From assembly GCA_963771075.1 (NCBI GenBank), contig CAVYSE010000018.1, forward strand, positions 1 through 64,000: 64,000 nucleotides of DNA, in the 5' to 3' direction. Each line of letters begins with the position of its first letter. Position 1 is the first letter of the stretch. The notes under the pieces are model-generated. The model had not been told where the DNA came from. It did no database searches and saw nothing but the letters and a program-made list of their open reading frames with translations. The position numbers were made by a program, and so were the translations under genes. This stretch comes from a candidate division FCPU426 bacterium (GTDB taxonomy: Bacteria > Oederibacteriota > Muellerivitia > Muellerivitales > Muellerivitaceae). This document shows, piece by piece, positions 63,597 to 64,000 of this stretch.

Positions 63597-64000
63597 GTCC
63601 GGATGATAATTGGGTCCTCAAGGATGACCATCTGCTTTCGGCCTTGATGAATAAGTTCCACTAGGCGAAAATGAAGAACAGAAAAGTGAGGATTCCTTAT
63701 TTTTTATAAGTTTGGCCCCCTGTTTAAAAGGGACTTTCGTCAAAACCACTAGTTGAGACGAGAGGTTCCATGATTTCTATCGCCCTTGGCCGCGCAAATG
63801 GCCGACGTGTAGGTGTTCCGCGCCTATTGATAAAGAGGCTTGGCGCAAAAATGAGACTGCCGAAAGTAGGGCGAGTAGTGAGCGACCATAAGGAGTCGAA
63901 TCATTGAAGTCGGCGAGGATGGAAGGTCGAAAAATGGATAATGTTGGCCTGACCCTTTTTTCTCACGGGGCGCTGAAGAAGATCGCTTCCCTCAAGCACA

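Noticed and set aside
63600..64000. ops/JUMPstart element or start of the next gene
   Set aside because: No exact GGCGGTAG. An open frame after AAGGAG (about 63904 to the end) is too short to identify.

Overview
A 64-kb chromosomal window from a diderm bacterium, using genetic code 11, with GC-rich core genes and AT-richer accessory tracts. Thr/Pro-stalked exoproteins ending in a FlgD-Ig/T9SS-like C-terminal domain suggest an FCPU426/Goldbacteria-type uncultured lineage (inference only). Contents in order: a hemerythrin-like gene remnant; a YadA-type trimeric autotransporter; a short pyruvate kinase; a ~13.6-kb glycosylation island (nucleotide-sugar dehydrogenase, SDR epimerase/decarboxylase, polyprenol-P GT2, four GT-C-like membrane proteins, and a membrane-fused spermidine-synthase-like enzyme); a PyrR-attenuated pyrR-pyrB-pyrC-carA-(two AT-rich ORFs)-carB operon with a frameshifted carB; a TonB-dependent receptor; assorted housekeeping genes; an S53 peptidase, a CBM-GH-A hydrolase and a 1.6-kaa expansin-containing exoprotein; queE and queC separated by a 4 x 67-bp hairpin array; and an envelope locus with three beta-barrel-LysM fusions, a fourth barrel interrupted by a stop codon, compact Wza/Wzc, two WecA paralogs with C-terminal extensions, and a STAS protein. 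Several families of dispersed palindromic repeats occur, one of them in frame inside carA. Several single-base indels in homopolymer runs suggest possible assembly errors. No rRNA, tRNA, CRISPR array or intact transposase was recognised. All assignments come from reading motifs by eye; no searches were run.
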